Positions 15,335-29,050 of a stretch of 64,000 nucleotides of DNA are shown in pieces (positions within the stretch are counted from its first letter, which is position 1; each line of letters starts with the position of its first letter). The translations under genes were made by a program, and so were the position numbers. Origin of the DNA: the human T2T-CHM13v2.0 reference genome, Homo sapiens; NCBI RefSeq assembly GCF_009914755.1, contig NC_060928.1; one strand, given 5' to 3'. The notes below the pieces were generated by a model. That model was given only the letters and a program-made list of their open reading frames with translations. It ran no database searches and was not told the DNA's origin.

Positions 15335-15756
15335 CGCTTGGCTTAGATGTTTGTCCCCTCCAAACCTCATGTTGGAATCTGATCACCAATGTTGGAGGTG
15401 GGGCCTAATGGGAGGTGTTTGGGTCATGGGAGTGGATCCTACATGAACAGATTAATATCCTCCTTCAAGGGTGAGTGAGTTCCCATTCCATTAGTTCCCA
15501 AGAGAGCTGGTTGTTAAAAAGAGCCTGCCGCTTTTCCCACCCTTTCTCTTGCTTCCTCTTTTGCAATGTGATCGTTGCACGTACAAGCTCCCCTTCACCT
15601 TCCACCATGAAGTAGAAGGAGACTGAGGCTCTCATCATGCAGATGCCCAATCTTGAACTTTACAGCCATCAGAATCATAAGAAAAATAAACCTTTTTCTC
15701 TATAAATTACCTAGTGTCAGATATTCTGTTATGGTAACACAAAATTGACCAAGATA
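15335..15756 (+). mobile_element. MaLR solo LTR (MST family)
   Basis: TGTTTGTCCCCTCCAAACCTCATGTTG...GGAGGTGGGGCCTAATGGGAGGTGTTTGGGTCATGGG...AATAAACC...TATAAATTACC. Confidence 0.85.
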
Positions 15757-16051
15757 ATCCCTTTACTCTCTAACTCTCCTCCTAGCTTTCTGGATATCAT
15801 TTTTATGCAATCACCTACTTAGTAATCTAAATTAAAAATCTTGAAGTAATCACTTGATTTCACTTCTACCTTACCTTCCACATCCAGTCAGCAAGTCCTG
15901 TACATTCTACCTCCACAGTGTGCCCTCAATTCAGTTCTTGCACATGTATTTGTCAGAAAGTTTCTTCTCCCACAATAATTTCAGTAGTCTCCTAGTTATC
16001 TCCATTGTCTTCCTTCTCAAGTCTTCTAAAGAGTCTACATTAACACCATAC

Positions 16052-16113
16052 TAGGGTTGCCAGGTAAGATACAGGGTTTCCCGTATATTTGTTTGTTAAA
16101 TCTGGCAGCTTTG
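16052..16113. mobile_element. Internally deleted MER53-like hAT MITE
   Basis: TIR TAGGGTTGCCAG...AAATCTGGCAGC; the central palindrome is missing. Confidence 0.6.
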
Positions 16114-16304
16114 CACATATTCATCTTCCTAAACATGTTTCTGGTCATGTAACACTGCCATTTACACTCTCTCTCCCCTTTCTATTACTGAATTAGTTTT
16201 TTTTAAGTTGTTGTTGTTGTTCTTGCTTCTGCTGCTGTTGTTTTAGTTTCCTATCCATTAGATAATTAACCCTACATTAGCCTATCACTCAACAAATATT
16301 TAAA

Positions 16305-16358
16305 TTAGGTTGGTGCAAAAAAAAAAAAAAGCCCGCAATGACTTTTGCACCAACCTAA
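16305..16358. mobile_element. MADE1 (Hsmar1-derived MITE), centre collapsed to poly-A
   Basis: TTAGGTTGGTGCAAAA...CCGCAATGACTTTTGCACCAACCTAA, followed by TA. Confidence 0.9.
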
Positions 16359-16464
16359 TATCTGGTACCTGCCATATATGAAACACTCAGGTTTGTGTTG
16401 TGGAGTATGCAAAAATAATTTATAGTCTCTATTCTTCAGGCGTTAGCAAGCTGAATAATTATCA

Positions 16465-16795
<331 letters not shown>

Positions 16796-17440
16796 CGAAA
16801 CACAAGCAAATACAGAGTGCTAAAATTCAATTTAGACTAGAGGGATGAGAGTGAGGAGGTTCCCAGGTTTGTATTCACGTTACCTAGATTTTAATTTGAC
16901 CTAAGGCCAGCGAAAACTTTTTTTAACCCCACCCACACCCTAGTCTTAAAAACCAGTCACTGAAACAAGTGAACTTCTCCACCTCTACCCTTGACCTGGA
17001 ACAAAGTTATTCCTGGCTAACAAAGCTTTTCCCTCACTGTACAAAGTAGAAGACAGCAAGTTGTCTTTATTCAGTTTCATAACGGAGAAAAGTGAGTATA
17101 AAGGTTGTACAATATAAACACAGAATCTTAAATCACTAGAGGAGCCAGGAATGGAGCTCAACACTTACGAGTATTCTTTCTGAAGTAAGTTAGTCTCTGA
17201 ACAAGCACCTAATCTTCAATGAATAAACCAATTTTATGTGAATAAACAAAATATAGGGAATAAGCAAAACGTAAGACAATATAGGAATAGCTGTTTCAAA
17301 GTTTCAAAATTACAAAGCAAAAATCTGAAGATTTTTCTGAACATCTGCTTCTGGGGAATTTCAAACACTAAAATGAGATTCACTGGGTCACAGAGAAATG
17401 ATGATGTCTACTGTATGGCAATAGCTTTCAAAAGATAACC

Positions 17441-18474
17441 CTGGTATTTTGTTGAGGATTTTTGCATCTCTCTTCATTATAGATATTGCCCTGCAGCTTT
17501 CTTTTTTCATGTGTCTTTCCCAGATTTTGGTATCAGGGTGATGCTGGCTTCACAGAGTAAGATAGGAAGAGTCCCTCCTTCTCAATGTTTTTGGAATAGT
17601 TTCAGTAGAATTGGTACCAGCTATTCTTTGTACATCTGGTAGATTTCGGCTGTAAATCCATCTTATCCAGGGATTTTAGGGGGATGGTAGGTTTTTTTAT
17701 TACTAATTTTGGAACTTGATATTGGTCTCTTCAGGGTTCAATTTCTTCCTGATTCAGTCCAGAGAGGTCATGTGTTTCATTTCCAGGAGTGTATTCATTT
17801 CCCTCTAGATTTTCTAGCTTGTGCGCCTAGAGGTGTTCATAATAGTCTCTGATGATCTTTTGTACTTCTGTGGGATCAGTTATGATGTCACATTTGTCAT
17901 TTCTGATCATGCTTATTTGAACCTTCTCTTTTCTTTGTTAATCTAATTAGTGGTCTATTGATTCTATTGATCTTGTTCATCCTTTCAAAGAGGCAACTTT
18001 TGGTTTTGGTGATACTTTATATAGATTTTAGGTTCCCAATTTCCTGGACTTTGGCTCCAATTTTAGTTATTTCCTTTCTTCTGCTAGCTTTTAGGTTAGT
18101 TTTTTTCTAGTTCCTTTACATGTGATGTTAGATCATTAATTTGAGATCTTTCTAACTTCTTAATGTAGACATTTAGTGTGATAAACTTTCCTCTTAATGC
18201 TGCTTTTGCTGCATCCCAGAGATTTTAGTATACTGTATCTCTATTTTCAAAGAATTTTTTGATTTCTGCCTTGATTTCTTTGTTTACCCAAAAGTCATTC
18301 AGAAGCAAATTGTTTAATGTCCATAAAACTGTGTGCTTTTGAAAAATATTTTTGGTATTGAATTATATTTTTATTCCACTCTGGGCCAAGAGATGGTTAG
18401 CATTATTTCAACTTTTTTGAATTTATTAAGACTTGCTTTATGGCCAAGCATGTGGTCAATCTTGGAGTAGGTTC
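17441..18474 (-). mobile_element. L1 ORF2 fragment, inverted relative to the adjoining 3' segment
   Basis: Homologous to the minus-strand L1 at about 9082-10530 (GTATTTTGTTGAGGATTTTTGCATCTCT...). Confidence 0.88.
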
Positions 18475-18783
18475 CCCATTAAAAAGCAGGCAAAAGTGGC
18501 TGGGCACAGTAGCTCATGCCTATAGTCCCAGCATTTTTGGAGGCTGAGGCAAGAGGATAGCTTGAGCTCAGGCATTTGAGACCAGTCTGGGCAACCTAGT
18601 AAGACCTTGTCGCTACTAAAAGTTAAAAATAAAAGTTAGCCAGGCATTGTGGCACAACTGTGGTCTCAGCTACTCAAGAGGCTGAGATGGGAGGATCACT
18701 TGAGCCTGGGAGGTCGAGGCCGCAGGGAGCTGTAATCGTCCCACTGTACTCCAGCCTGAGCAACAGAGTGAGACACTGTTGCC

Positions 18784-18814
<31 letters not shown>

Positions 18815-19650
18815 GGCAAAGGACATGAACAGATACTTTTCAAAAGAAGACATATAAATGGCCAAGAAACATGAAAAACATGCTCCACACCATTAATCAT
18901 CAGAGAAATGCAAATCAAAACTACAATGAGATACCATCTCACACCAGTCAGCATGCCAATTATTAAAAAGTAAAAAAACAACAGATGCTGGTGAGGCTGT
19001 GGAGAAAAGGGAATGCTTATACACTGTTGGTGGGAATGCAAATTAGTTCAGCCACTATGGAAAGCAGTTTGGAGATTTCTCAAAGCACTTAAAACAGAAC
19101 TACTATTCGACCTGGCAATCCCATTACTGGGTATATAGCCAGAGGAAAATAAATCATTCTACCAAAAAGACACATGCACTTGTGTGTTCATCACAGCACT
19201 ATTCACAATAACAAAGACATGGAATTAACCTAGGTGCCCATCAACAGTGGACTGGATAAAGAAAATATACACCATGAAATACTATGCAGCATAAAAAAGA
19301 ATGAAATCATGTCCTTTGTAGCAACATGGATGCAGCTGGAGGCCATTATCCTAAGTGAATTAACACAGGAACAGAAAATCAAATACCATATGTTTTCACT
19401 TATAAATGGGTGCTAAACCTCTGGTACCCAAGGACATAAAGATGGGAACAATAGACTCGGGTCTATTAGAAGGGGGAGCGAGGGAGGGGACAAGGACTGA
19501 AATACTACCTATTAGGTATTATGCTCACTACCTCGGTGATGGGATCATTCGTACCCCAAACCTTAGCACCACACAATATGCTCATGTAACAAACCTGTGC
19601 TTGTGCCCTCTGAATCTATAATAAAACAAAAGTTGATACTATTTTAAAAA
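18475..19650 (+). mobile_element. L1PB-type 3' segment (ORF2 end plus 3' UTR), interrupted by an Alu
   Basis: GGCAAAGGACATGAACAGA; peptide IKKNEIMSFVATWMQLEAIILSELTQEQK; 3' UTR and A-rich end. Confidence 0.9.
18498..18811 (+). mobile_element. AluJ-type element
   Basis: Alu dimer, long A tail, TSD AAAAAG(C/T)AGGCAAA. Confidence 0.92.
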
Positions 19651-20009
19651 CACACAGAGAGAAAAGGAAACTTTGGAAAAGAAATGTAACCATAGAATGT
19701 GGAAATATATCTAACCCATATATTTCTTGCATATGTTCATCAATGCTATAGAACTGATATAGAACTAGATGACTATTGGAAGTTTTAATATAAAGCAATT
19801 CCATGATATTTTCAGAAAAAAAAAACAACATAAAAATTGCATAGTTGAGGGAGAGGACCAGAAAAGAAAACTTATCTTTTACTTTTATCCTTCTATATAT
19901 TTTGAATTCCGTGATATGGCACATATAATTATTTTTAAACCTTTAAATAAAATATTTTAAGTCTACTAAGGCATCTCAACTCATTATGAACATACAATAT
20001 TTTGAGGGG

Positions 20010-20178
20010 GTTCTTTGTTTGTTTATTGGCCTCACTATGTTGCCCAGGCTCAAGTGCTACAGCTATTCACAGGAGTGATCATAGCACACTGAGACCTCAA
20101 ACTCCTGGCCTCAGGTGATCCTTCTGCTTCAGCCTCCCAAGTAGCTGGGCCTAGAGGCATGTACCACCACACCCAACT
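20010..20178 (-). mobile_element. FAM (fossil Alu monomer)
   Basis: Monomer carrying the 7SL-derived motif GCTATTCACAGG (reverse complement of CCTGTGAATAGC), which dimeric Alus lack. Confidence 0.8.
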
Positions 20179-21449
20179 TAGACACACAGTGGTTTTATTT
20201 TTCCAGTAAATGCCCCAAACTTTCCTGGTGAACGGTAACCCCCCAAATATATCTTGCCTAATTTTGTGCTTTTCAGTCTAATTTGGTTATTAGAACACTC
20301 TCATTCAGATATTTCAGACTTAGTCCTATTCATTTAAACACTTCGATTTTATATTCAATCATAACTCTACATGTCCCATTACCCAGAAGAGGTTAGACCT
20401 TCAGTTTTAGATTGAAAGTTTTGGGAATTTGGTGGGGTGGGGGAAGTAGGGTTGGGTGAAGGGAAGAGTTCTAACTCTCTGTCACCACCACCAACCTCTT
20501 CCTTCTTCTGGGTGTGACCTCCTTTGGGATTGGGAAAGGGAGAAAGGAGAAAACAAAAAGGAAGCATGAGCATCTCTGCATACAACTGTTGCTATGCTCT
20601 CTGCAGTTGATGGTAACCACTAGTTTAGCCTATTGTCTCCGGGCTCGATGAGGACCAGAGGTGGCTCTAAGTTTTCCCTTAGATGAAAGATCTGTTTACC
20701 TTCTTTGGCAGATGCAGGCTTGGTGGCATTCTCCACAGGTGAGCCCCTCATTGCCCCCCACACTGCATCAATCCTGGGACATTTGTGGTTTCCAATCTCA
20801 TATTCTCTGCACCAACTCTCAAGTCTGCAGGCATGTGAGGACTTTACCCCTATTTTGAAGGAGGAGGCCATTGTCACCGGCCCCCACCTCCACCTAGAAA
20901 GGCCCCACTCATGCCTTCTCCACTGCATTCTATTTTCTCACATTTCAGTAGCAAATAAAGCACATCAGGAAGTCTACTACTTCAGAAGGTCATACAGCCA
21001 GGAAACAAAATGTCTGTTTATTTTTCTTTTCAAGTTATTTGCTTCTTTTCAAGTTATTTGCTCGAGCTCCCCTCTCTCACATACTTGACTTGAGAGAATG
21101 AATAGTCTGTACACATACTCCCCAAGAGGTTGGCTTCCTCTCTCCCAACCTCCCCTGGGAGATGGGAACAGCGATGGGTGGTTGGGCCAATTCCCTAACT
21201 AGGGGCATCTCAGAAAGCCCTGCAGAAGGATGGCTGATTCCAATTTCTGATGACTCTATAAATTTAGAATATGGAACACATTGTATTTTTTGTCCTCAGT
21301 TTGGGTCTTAGCAGTAGTTACATGGCATAAGGAAAATTCCTCCTTGACACCCTATAATGTTTGTCTATGTGCTTAGTTCCCATCATCCATATATGATTCA
21401 GACACATCCACAAGTTTAGTTTTAAATAATTAGAATTTTTTTTTAATAT

Positions 21450-21670
21450 TGGCTCTCAAACCTAGCTGCATATTAATCTACTCAAGGGGCTTTTGGCTGT
21501 ATATTAATCTACTCAAGGGGCTTTTGGTTTTGTTTTTCCTTTTTTTTTTTTTTTTTAAGTACAGACTTCCTGGCTCTATCTGAGATCCACTTGATCAGAA
21601 TCTTCAGGGCTGTGTCCAGGCAATCTACAATAGATTCAAATACAAGCAGTCTGACATTTAAGAACCTTGG
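21450..21670. mobile_element. MER5-like hAT-Charlie relic with a 31-bp tandem duplication
   Basis: CTCTCAAACCTAGCTGCATATT...ATCAGAATCT...TTTAAGAACC. Confidence 0.55.
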
Positions 21671-21739
21671 GTGAGAACTCAATAAAAGAGAAAGATTTAA
21701 ATGAAAGGTCAGGATTTTCTGATTTGGGTTAATATATAA

Positions 21740-21860
21740 GCCCCATGGACAGAAACCATGCCTATCTGATTCATTTTTGTAGTTCCAACACTTAGAATAG
21801 TGCCTAGCTCATAGCAGACTTTCAATAAATATCTATTGCATGAATGAATGGATGAGTGAA
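21740..21860 (+). mobile_element. L2 3' end fragment
   Basis: AGAATAGTGCCTAGCTCATAGCAGACTTTCAATAAATATCTATTGCATGAATGAATG. Confidence 0.7.
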
Positions 21861-21940
21861 ACATTTCCATTTCATAGGTAAAGCAATTACCCATGTCACC
21901 AATATGTACCACAGCACACAGTGGGAAAACAAGAGTCTAC

Positions 21941-22295
21941 TGTCCTAGTCTGTTCAGGCTGCTATAACAATTTACCATAAACTGGGTGGCTTAAAAACAA
22001 CCGAAATTTATTTCTGACAGATCTGGAGGCTGGAAAGTCCAAGATCAAGGCACTGGCAGATTTGGTGTCTCGTGAGGGCCCATTTCTTGATTCACAAAAA
22101 ATACCTTCTTGCCACATCCTCACATGGTGAAAGCTCTCTGGAGCCTCTGTTTATAAGGATACTAATCCCATTCCTGAAGGCTCTGCCCTTATGAACTAAT
22201 CATCTCTTAAAGGCCCAACCTCCCAACTCCACTACATTGGTGACTGGGTTTCAATAAATGAATTTGGGGGAAATACAAACATTCAGATCATAGCA
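21941..22295 (-). mobile_element. MLT1A-type MaLR solo LTR
   Basis: TG...CA termini with perfect 5-bp TSD TCTAC; MLT1 motifs (GGAGGCTGGAAAGTCCAAGATCAAGG). Confidence 0.9.
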
Positions 22296-23375
22296 TCTAC
22301 CAAGAGAAAATGCATCTTTTTCCTGTGGTCATCTTCATATAAACAGAAATGTCTTTTTTGAACTTGGGTGTAAATGAGACAAGAAGACTACTTAGAGAGG
22401 CTGACTGGCCACTTCAGTAGGACTTCTCAGGGCTGCCTAGCAACCATGATGAGATCTGGACCATGCAGAATCTGGAACTGACCAACACAGAAGAAATCAT
22501 AGCAAAAGTGGGGAGCTGGATGATCTCCATGGTCACCAAGCTATCACTTGGCACATCCCTTTTCATCATAACAATACCTGTCAACATGACCAGACCATTT
22601 AAATTGAAGAGCACTGGGGATTTACTAAAAAATTTTCCTTCACTGGCTACTTTTCCTCCAGATTCCACTCTGTTTATCAAACCCTAAGGTTAATCAGTCT
22701 TTGCCTAAGCAAGTCATAAAGTAATTGATTCTATCTGAGCCTATTACATTACAATCATGTTTAAGGTCCCTCACGCTGAGGATACATTCACATCCCCTCG
22801 ATGAGGGTACATGGTCTACAATCAGATGAATTAGTAAGGAAAAAGATGATGCCTTGGAGTTGTTTTGAGGTGGTGGTGGTCATTGTTATGGGTTATTTTG
22901 CTATTATTGTTGATACTACTATTATTGCTATAAACTTGTCAGTGAAGAATAAAGAATCTCTTCCTCGACCCACTGCAGGAAAGAGGAAGCACTGGTTTCT
23001 GAAGGGTGAACTCCCTGATTCCCTCACCAAGAGGGCAGCAACTAAACAGCTTTTAAACTTGAGGTAGATTGGAGGGGATTAATCTAATCCTCTGGGAGAC
23101 GTAGTATAGAAAGGGATGGTGAAAGTTACCACCAGGGGAAGCATCTCCAATGTGAAATGGGGACAGGATTTGGAGTTATCACAGATGGCAAGCCATGGTT
23201 TCTCCTGACACAAAGCATCCAGGATTGGGGGAGGGGAGAGCTGAATGGCAAGAGAAGGCTGGACATTAGGCCAGGAAGCCTCAGCCAAAGATCCCACTTA
23301 CCAGTAGGAAATGGTGACAGGAGCCACTCATCTCCAAACTGGGTCCCATTGTCTTAGACAAGAAGCTCCAGGGCA

Positions 23376-23588
23376 GGCACTGGGCACGATGGTTTGCACC
23401 TGTAATCCCAGCTATTCAGGGAGCTGAGGTAGAAGGATTGCTTGAGACCAGGAGTTCAAAGACAGCCTGGACAACATAGTGAGACCTCTGTCTCTAAATT
23501 TTTTTAATTACATATATATATTATTTTTTATATATATTATTTTTATATATATACATATATATATACATACATATATATATAATTTTAA
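23376..23588 (+). mobile_element. FLAM Alu monomer with (TA)n-derived tail
   Basis: Left-monomer sequence; 13-bp TSD AAGCTCCAGGGCA (23363-23375, 23589-23601). Confidence 0.88.
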
Positions 23589-24567
23589 AAGCTCCAGGGC
23601 AAAGAAGCTCCCATCAAAATCCTTAATCTAATTACCATTCAATTCAAATAATATTTAATGAGGAATAAAGAATTTAAGACTTTGTGCTTCACACTACAAG
23701 GGACACTATCTTTAAAGTGGTGCTACCTTCAGGTAGTTTATATTCTCCTAGGAGATGGAGACATTTCCCAAGCTACTATAAGGCAAGAAGTGCTAACTAT
23801 TCTAATCAAGCTCAATGACAGTTGAGGCAAAGGAAAAGATAAACATTTTCTACTGATGTCTGTTGCTTTCCAAATAATCTGAATAACTTATTTGCCAATA
23901 ACTGGCTTCTACCCCTATCTCCTTCTGCATTCCATAAAGCCCCAACCAAACTGGTCTACTTAGGTCCAAAAGCATGTTGTGGTTTCCAGCTATCGGTCCT
24001 AACGCCACCTCCTCTGGAGTAAATCATTGTTCCAGTCCTCTCTTCCTATCCAAATGCTACTCATTTATATACCACCTTTTCCTTAAAAACTTTCTTGGAT
24101 CCACTGAACTCTTATCTTTTCCCTCCTTGGCACCTGAGCCAAGTGGCCTCTCCCTCCTAGGTATCTGAGTCACTCACTGGAGAGTCTTTCCCTCCACTTT
24201 TCTGAATCTCCAATGACCTCCATAAGCACTACTACTCTTGGGCCCACAGGTTTACCAGGTTCTTCCTGCCTGACATCTCCATCCCAGTCCAGTATCCCAG
24301 CCTCACACCAGTGGCCTCTGCCTTGTGGCTTGGTCCTTCCTTGCCTGGTCCACAATCTCCAGCTCTACCTCTAGCAGTTAAGGGATTGGGGCCTTTGTGT
24401 TGGCTACCACAGTATCCTACCTCTACTAATGACTTTGCATATTCTTCCCCTCCAATGTGTGTTTTGTGTGTCCTGCTATTTATCTTAGCCTATGAACTGC
24501 CTCAGGAAAAAAAAAACAAACTCAGCATAATTTGACTGTGACTACTTTAAGGAATATAAGTAGAGCA

Positions 24568-24925
24568 CCACAATATAGATGAACCTTAAAAACATTATGC
24601 TAAGTGAAATAGGTCATACACAAAAAGAAAGATACTGTATGATTTCATTTACACAATGTGCCTAGAGTAACCAGATACATAGAGAGAGAAAGTAAAACAC
24701 TGGTTACGAGGGGTAAAAGGGGGGGAAAATGAAGAGTTATTGTTTAATGGGTACAGAGTTTCAGCATGGGATGAAGAAAAAGTTCTGGAGATGGATAGCA
24801 GTGATAATTACACAACAATGTGAATGTACTAAGTGCCAATGAATTGTGTACTTAAAAAAGATTAAAATGGTAAATTTTGCTATGTATATACCATAATAAA
24901 ATAAAGAAATAAAAATTTTAAATGA
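24568..24925 (+). mobile_element. L1MB-type 3' end fragment
   Basis: GATGAACCTTAAAAACATTATGCTAAGTGAAAT; TTTAATGGGTACAGAGTTTCAG; GAAAAAGTTCTGGAGATGGAT. Confidence 0.85.
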
Positions 24926-25084
24926 ATTGTTCAAAAAAGTACAGTACTGAGGGTTCAGTAGAAAACCAAAATGGAGATCTCCACCAGTACCCATCCTTTT
25001 GAGATTCCTAACTAGTGGGCTAAATATCTCCCCTACTGTGATATCCTAAGACAATATTTGCTCTGCAAGTACCTTTGGTCTTTC

Positions 25085-25180
25085 TCACTACAGTCTTCAC
25101 CTCCCAGGATCAAGTGATCCTCCAACCTTAGTCTTCCAAGTATCTGGGACCACAGGTGTGTACCACTTTGTAGCCTGATT
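25085..25180 (-). mobile_element. Alu fragment
   Basis: CCTCCCAGGATCAAGTGATCCTCCAACCTTAGTC. Confidence 0.7.
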
Positions 25181-25844
25181 CTGAATGGTATTACCTTAAA
25201 ATCAAGTGTATTAGTGGTTTGGAGCCAACAGTTACTGAGCAAACATATTTCATTAAAATATTGCTTCCTATTCACTATCCCACTGTTGGACTTCCCACCT
25301 CTGTGGACTTCATGCCCCATGGACTCAACCTTATTTGCTTCCTGAATTGTGAGCATGTTTCTCTCACAAGAGAGGAACCAATCCCCTCCAATGTCCCCAT
25401 TTTCCTGTTTATCTCACAGAAGCACCATTACTCTCCTAGAATCATGAGCCCCTGGTGCCTCTAAAGACACAGCCCTCTTCTACCTCCCCAGGGATCCTGT
25501 TGCCATAACCACTAAATTTATTTCCCTTACAGCTCTCAAGGCTCTTCATTAATACTTGTCTTCCCCACCACATAATGTTTCCTTATATTATTTACCTCTC
25601 TAAAAGGCAGAGGCCCTGTCTTATATGTCTTTATACTCTTTGCAGTATCTTTGACTATGCATGCCACATTTTTTGAAATATAACTAGTATGTCACTTAGA
25701 CATTTTCAGGAATCATCACAACACCAATACAGAAAAGACTTAGTTATAAAATTAACCACAGAATTTCTTTAAGAATAAATTTATTTTTTAATATTTTTCT
25801 TCTGCTTGCCTAAGTTCCCAACATTTCACGCAAGCTGTTACATA

Positions 25845-26092
25845 ACAACTAGATGCAATGTGTTATCACAGGTTGGATTTTGGAAGACAAAAGAAACATT
25901 AGAGAAAAATGAGTGAAGTCTGAAAAAAGTCTGAAGTTTAATTAATAGTGATGTACCAATGTTGCCTTTTAGTTTTAACAAATGCACAATGGTATTGTGA
26001 GATATTATCATTAAGAAAAACGGAGTGAGTGGTATATGGAAACTATGTCCTATCATTACAATCTTTCTGTAAATCTAAAATTATTCAAAAAT
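25845..26092 (+). mobile_element. Old L1M (MC/MD-type) 3' fragment
   Basis: TTTAATTAATAGTGATGTACCAATG...TTTCTGTAAATCTAAAATTATTC. Confidence 0.65.
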
Positions 26093-26094
26093 CA

Positions 26095-26442
<348 letters not shown>

Positions 26443-26887
26443 TCATACCTTCTCCAGTCATCTTTAGGAGCAAAGGATAAAACGTCTGACCCTGCTGATG
26501 GAAGAGGTCACTTTTCTACCCTGGGACTTAGAAAACCAATGCCACAGATTCATGTCCATCTATATACATGGCTTAATACTCTTTTCCTATCCTGATTTTT
26601 AGGTCCTTGTTTCCATTTTGAGTTTTGTTGGTAAGAGAACGGAAATGGCCCCTTGAAATTTGTTTCTGAGAAGTGATCACCTGAGACTCTCCTACCAAAG
26701 CCAGAAAGTTCCAGAAAGAGTTTACAAAATTTGAAAATTTACAGAAAAAAATACAAGCTAATTACTGCCTGGACAGTTTTAACAATTCATTCAAAATGGG
26801 CAACCCAAGCATCACATGAAGATACAGCCTAAGTTAACTGTCTTGTATCACATTAACAATACACTTAATTAATCCAAGAATATATAT

Positions 26888-27088
26888 ATTTTTTGAGACA
26901 AACTATCACTCTGTCATCCCAGCTGGACTGCGGTGTCGCTATTGTAGCTCACTGCAGCCCTAAACTCTTGGGCTCAAGTAATCATCTCGCTAATTTTTTG
27001 TTTGTTTTTTTTAGAAACAGTGTCTTGCTATGCTGCCCCAGCCTCCCCAAGTGCTGGGATTACAGGCATAAACACCACACCCTGCCCA
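26888..27088 (-). mobile_element. Internally deleted AluJ-type element
   Basis: Reverse Alu with two missing segments. Confidence 0.8.
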
Positions 27089-28369
27089 AGACTACACTGA
27101 AATGAGTGTACTTTTTTTTGTTTTTTCTTCCTTTATATATAGACTCACAGCCCAGTGTACATTTTATGCTATGAGATATCTATGTCTCCAAATACTCTTT
27201 AATTTACTTTGGTAGTAAAACAATCCTCAAAGGGAAAAATGAAAAACAAGCTGAGCCAAAAGAATGTGATCTACCAAATTCCCAGGGCTGAAATTTCAAA
27301 ATGTTTTGCTTGTCTATTATAATCTGGTACAAGACACGTCAAAACATCTTATCAAATATGATAGATAAACCCAGAAGATTCCTATCAAGTCTATGGCCAC
27401 TGTGCTCTTAGGGAATAAAGTAGACTCAAGAGAATCATAAGATGTAACCCAGAAGAAGTTCATAGTGAGGCTATAGTAATGCAATAAGGAAGAAATATAA
27501 TAGGACATTTTATTTCCCCTTGTCCCCAGAGATTGACAACTATGAGGTTTTCTACTCAATTGATGTAGGAAAAATGGGGAGACAGTCTGGCTCAAGGCAA
27601 CAACTATCTAATAAATAATTTAGTGTTGCATAGAAAAGCATAGTCTACACCAAAAAACCTCTTGAACACTCAGCAGGCAGTTTCTTACATAATACTTATA
27701 ACAGTAAATATGCTCATATAAATTCATGCTTTCTTTGGACACTTTTGCCTTTCAATGTTTAATTTTACTTGACATAATTCAAAGAAGTGGAGCCAAGGGT
27801 AAGAAAGGGCTTTTTTGTTTATTTTTCTAGATGAAAACAGATGTGTATAACAGAACAATCCTCCACATGCAACTAATGTATTCAGTCACAGAACCCAGAC
27901 ACGATTACGTTTATTCATCCTAAGGCTTCACTTTTTAATGAATAGCTTTCACTATTTAATTTTAAAACTTTCCAAATGGGACATTATATTACTGTCTTCT
28001 TAAAAGAAAAATTTGGTCTTGGGAAAATTCAGCTTTATTTTTCTTCCTTTAGTTGTAGATACATAATCTCAAACAATTTGCTTCCTTTTTCCTCAGGTTG
28101 TCTTTCTACTACTATCTTCAAAAATAAAAATAGTCATTTTTTCAACATTGTGCATTATACTAATCAAAAAGCTATTTACATGGAAATATAAAGAATTATT
28201 TAGTAAATGATGATTTGATATAAGTAAAATTATCTTTAAATCATACCGCATTCCCATAGATTAAAAAGACAATAGTAAAAATGAAACCATAAAGATCTAT
28301 AGGTAGCTCTTGCCTTTCTTCTTTCTCTTTCCTTCTTTTCCAGAAGAATTTGGTTATAAAGCCTTTCAG

Positions 28370-29050
28370 CAGAGACAAGTAGGATAGGATAGGCATTTGC
28401 AGCAGGATAGGGAAAGCCATGGTGGTAAGATGAGGGTAAGATGAGCATCTGCATAGGAGAAGGCCTAGCATAGATGTTGGAAGCTGGGCAGGGTGAGGAG
28501 GGTACGCAGGCATGAGGGTAGCCTGACTCAGGTTGTCGGAACCTCAGTAGGATGAAGAGGGAATACACACAATGGCGTCCAACAACAGTAGCCCTGCAGG
28601 GAATGTTGGAGCCCAAGTGATATAAAGAAGTCTTTGTTGTGAGAGGTGATGATGGTGGCAAAGGCAGAGTGGTGCATATGAGAGAACTGATCAAATAAGT
28701 AAAAGTACTAACAATAATGAGATCCAGGAATAAAATGAGACTGAACTTTGTGGTGATAGATGGCAACTATAGGCATCAGTGCAAATGCAGTGATTTCCAG
28801 TGTTATTTATATAAAGGGAAATAAACATAGATATAAGTGTGTGTATGCAAATATCCCCTAGCTCTATTCACAGAGAAAGAACGGTGATATCCCAATAGTA
28901 ATAATTGCACCCAGCATGCAAATCATGGTTTCTAAATACCATTCTTCCCCAAAGGAACCAGGGTTCCTTGGAGAAATGGCTGATTCAAGAGCTGGAGCAG
29001 AAAGTGTGCCAAATGAGCATGAAAAATCTGATTGTGACACGTCAAAAGGA
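28370..29050 (+). mobile_element. L1MC/MD-type 3' UTR fragment
   Basis: GGTTTCTAAATACCATTC...AAGGAACCAGGGTTCCTTGGAGAAATGGCTGATTC motif. Confidence 0.65.

Noticed and set aside
28236-28766. 176-aa minus-strand ORF
   Set aside because: Largely antisense to a purine-rich old L1M 3' UTR; no recognisable domain.
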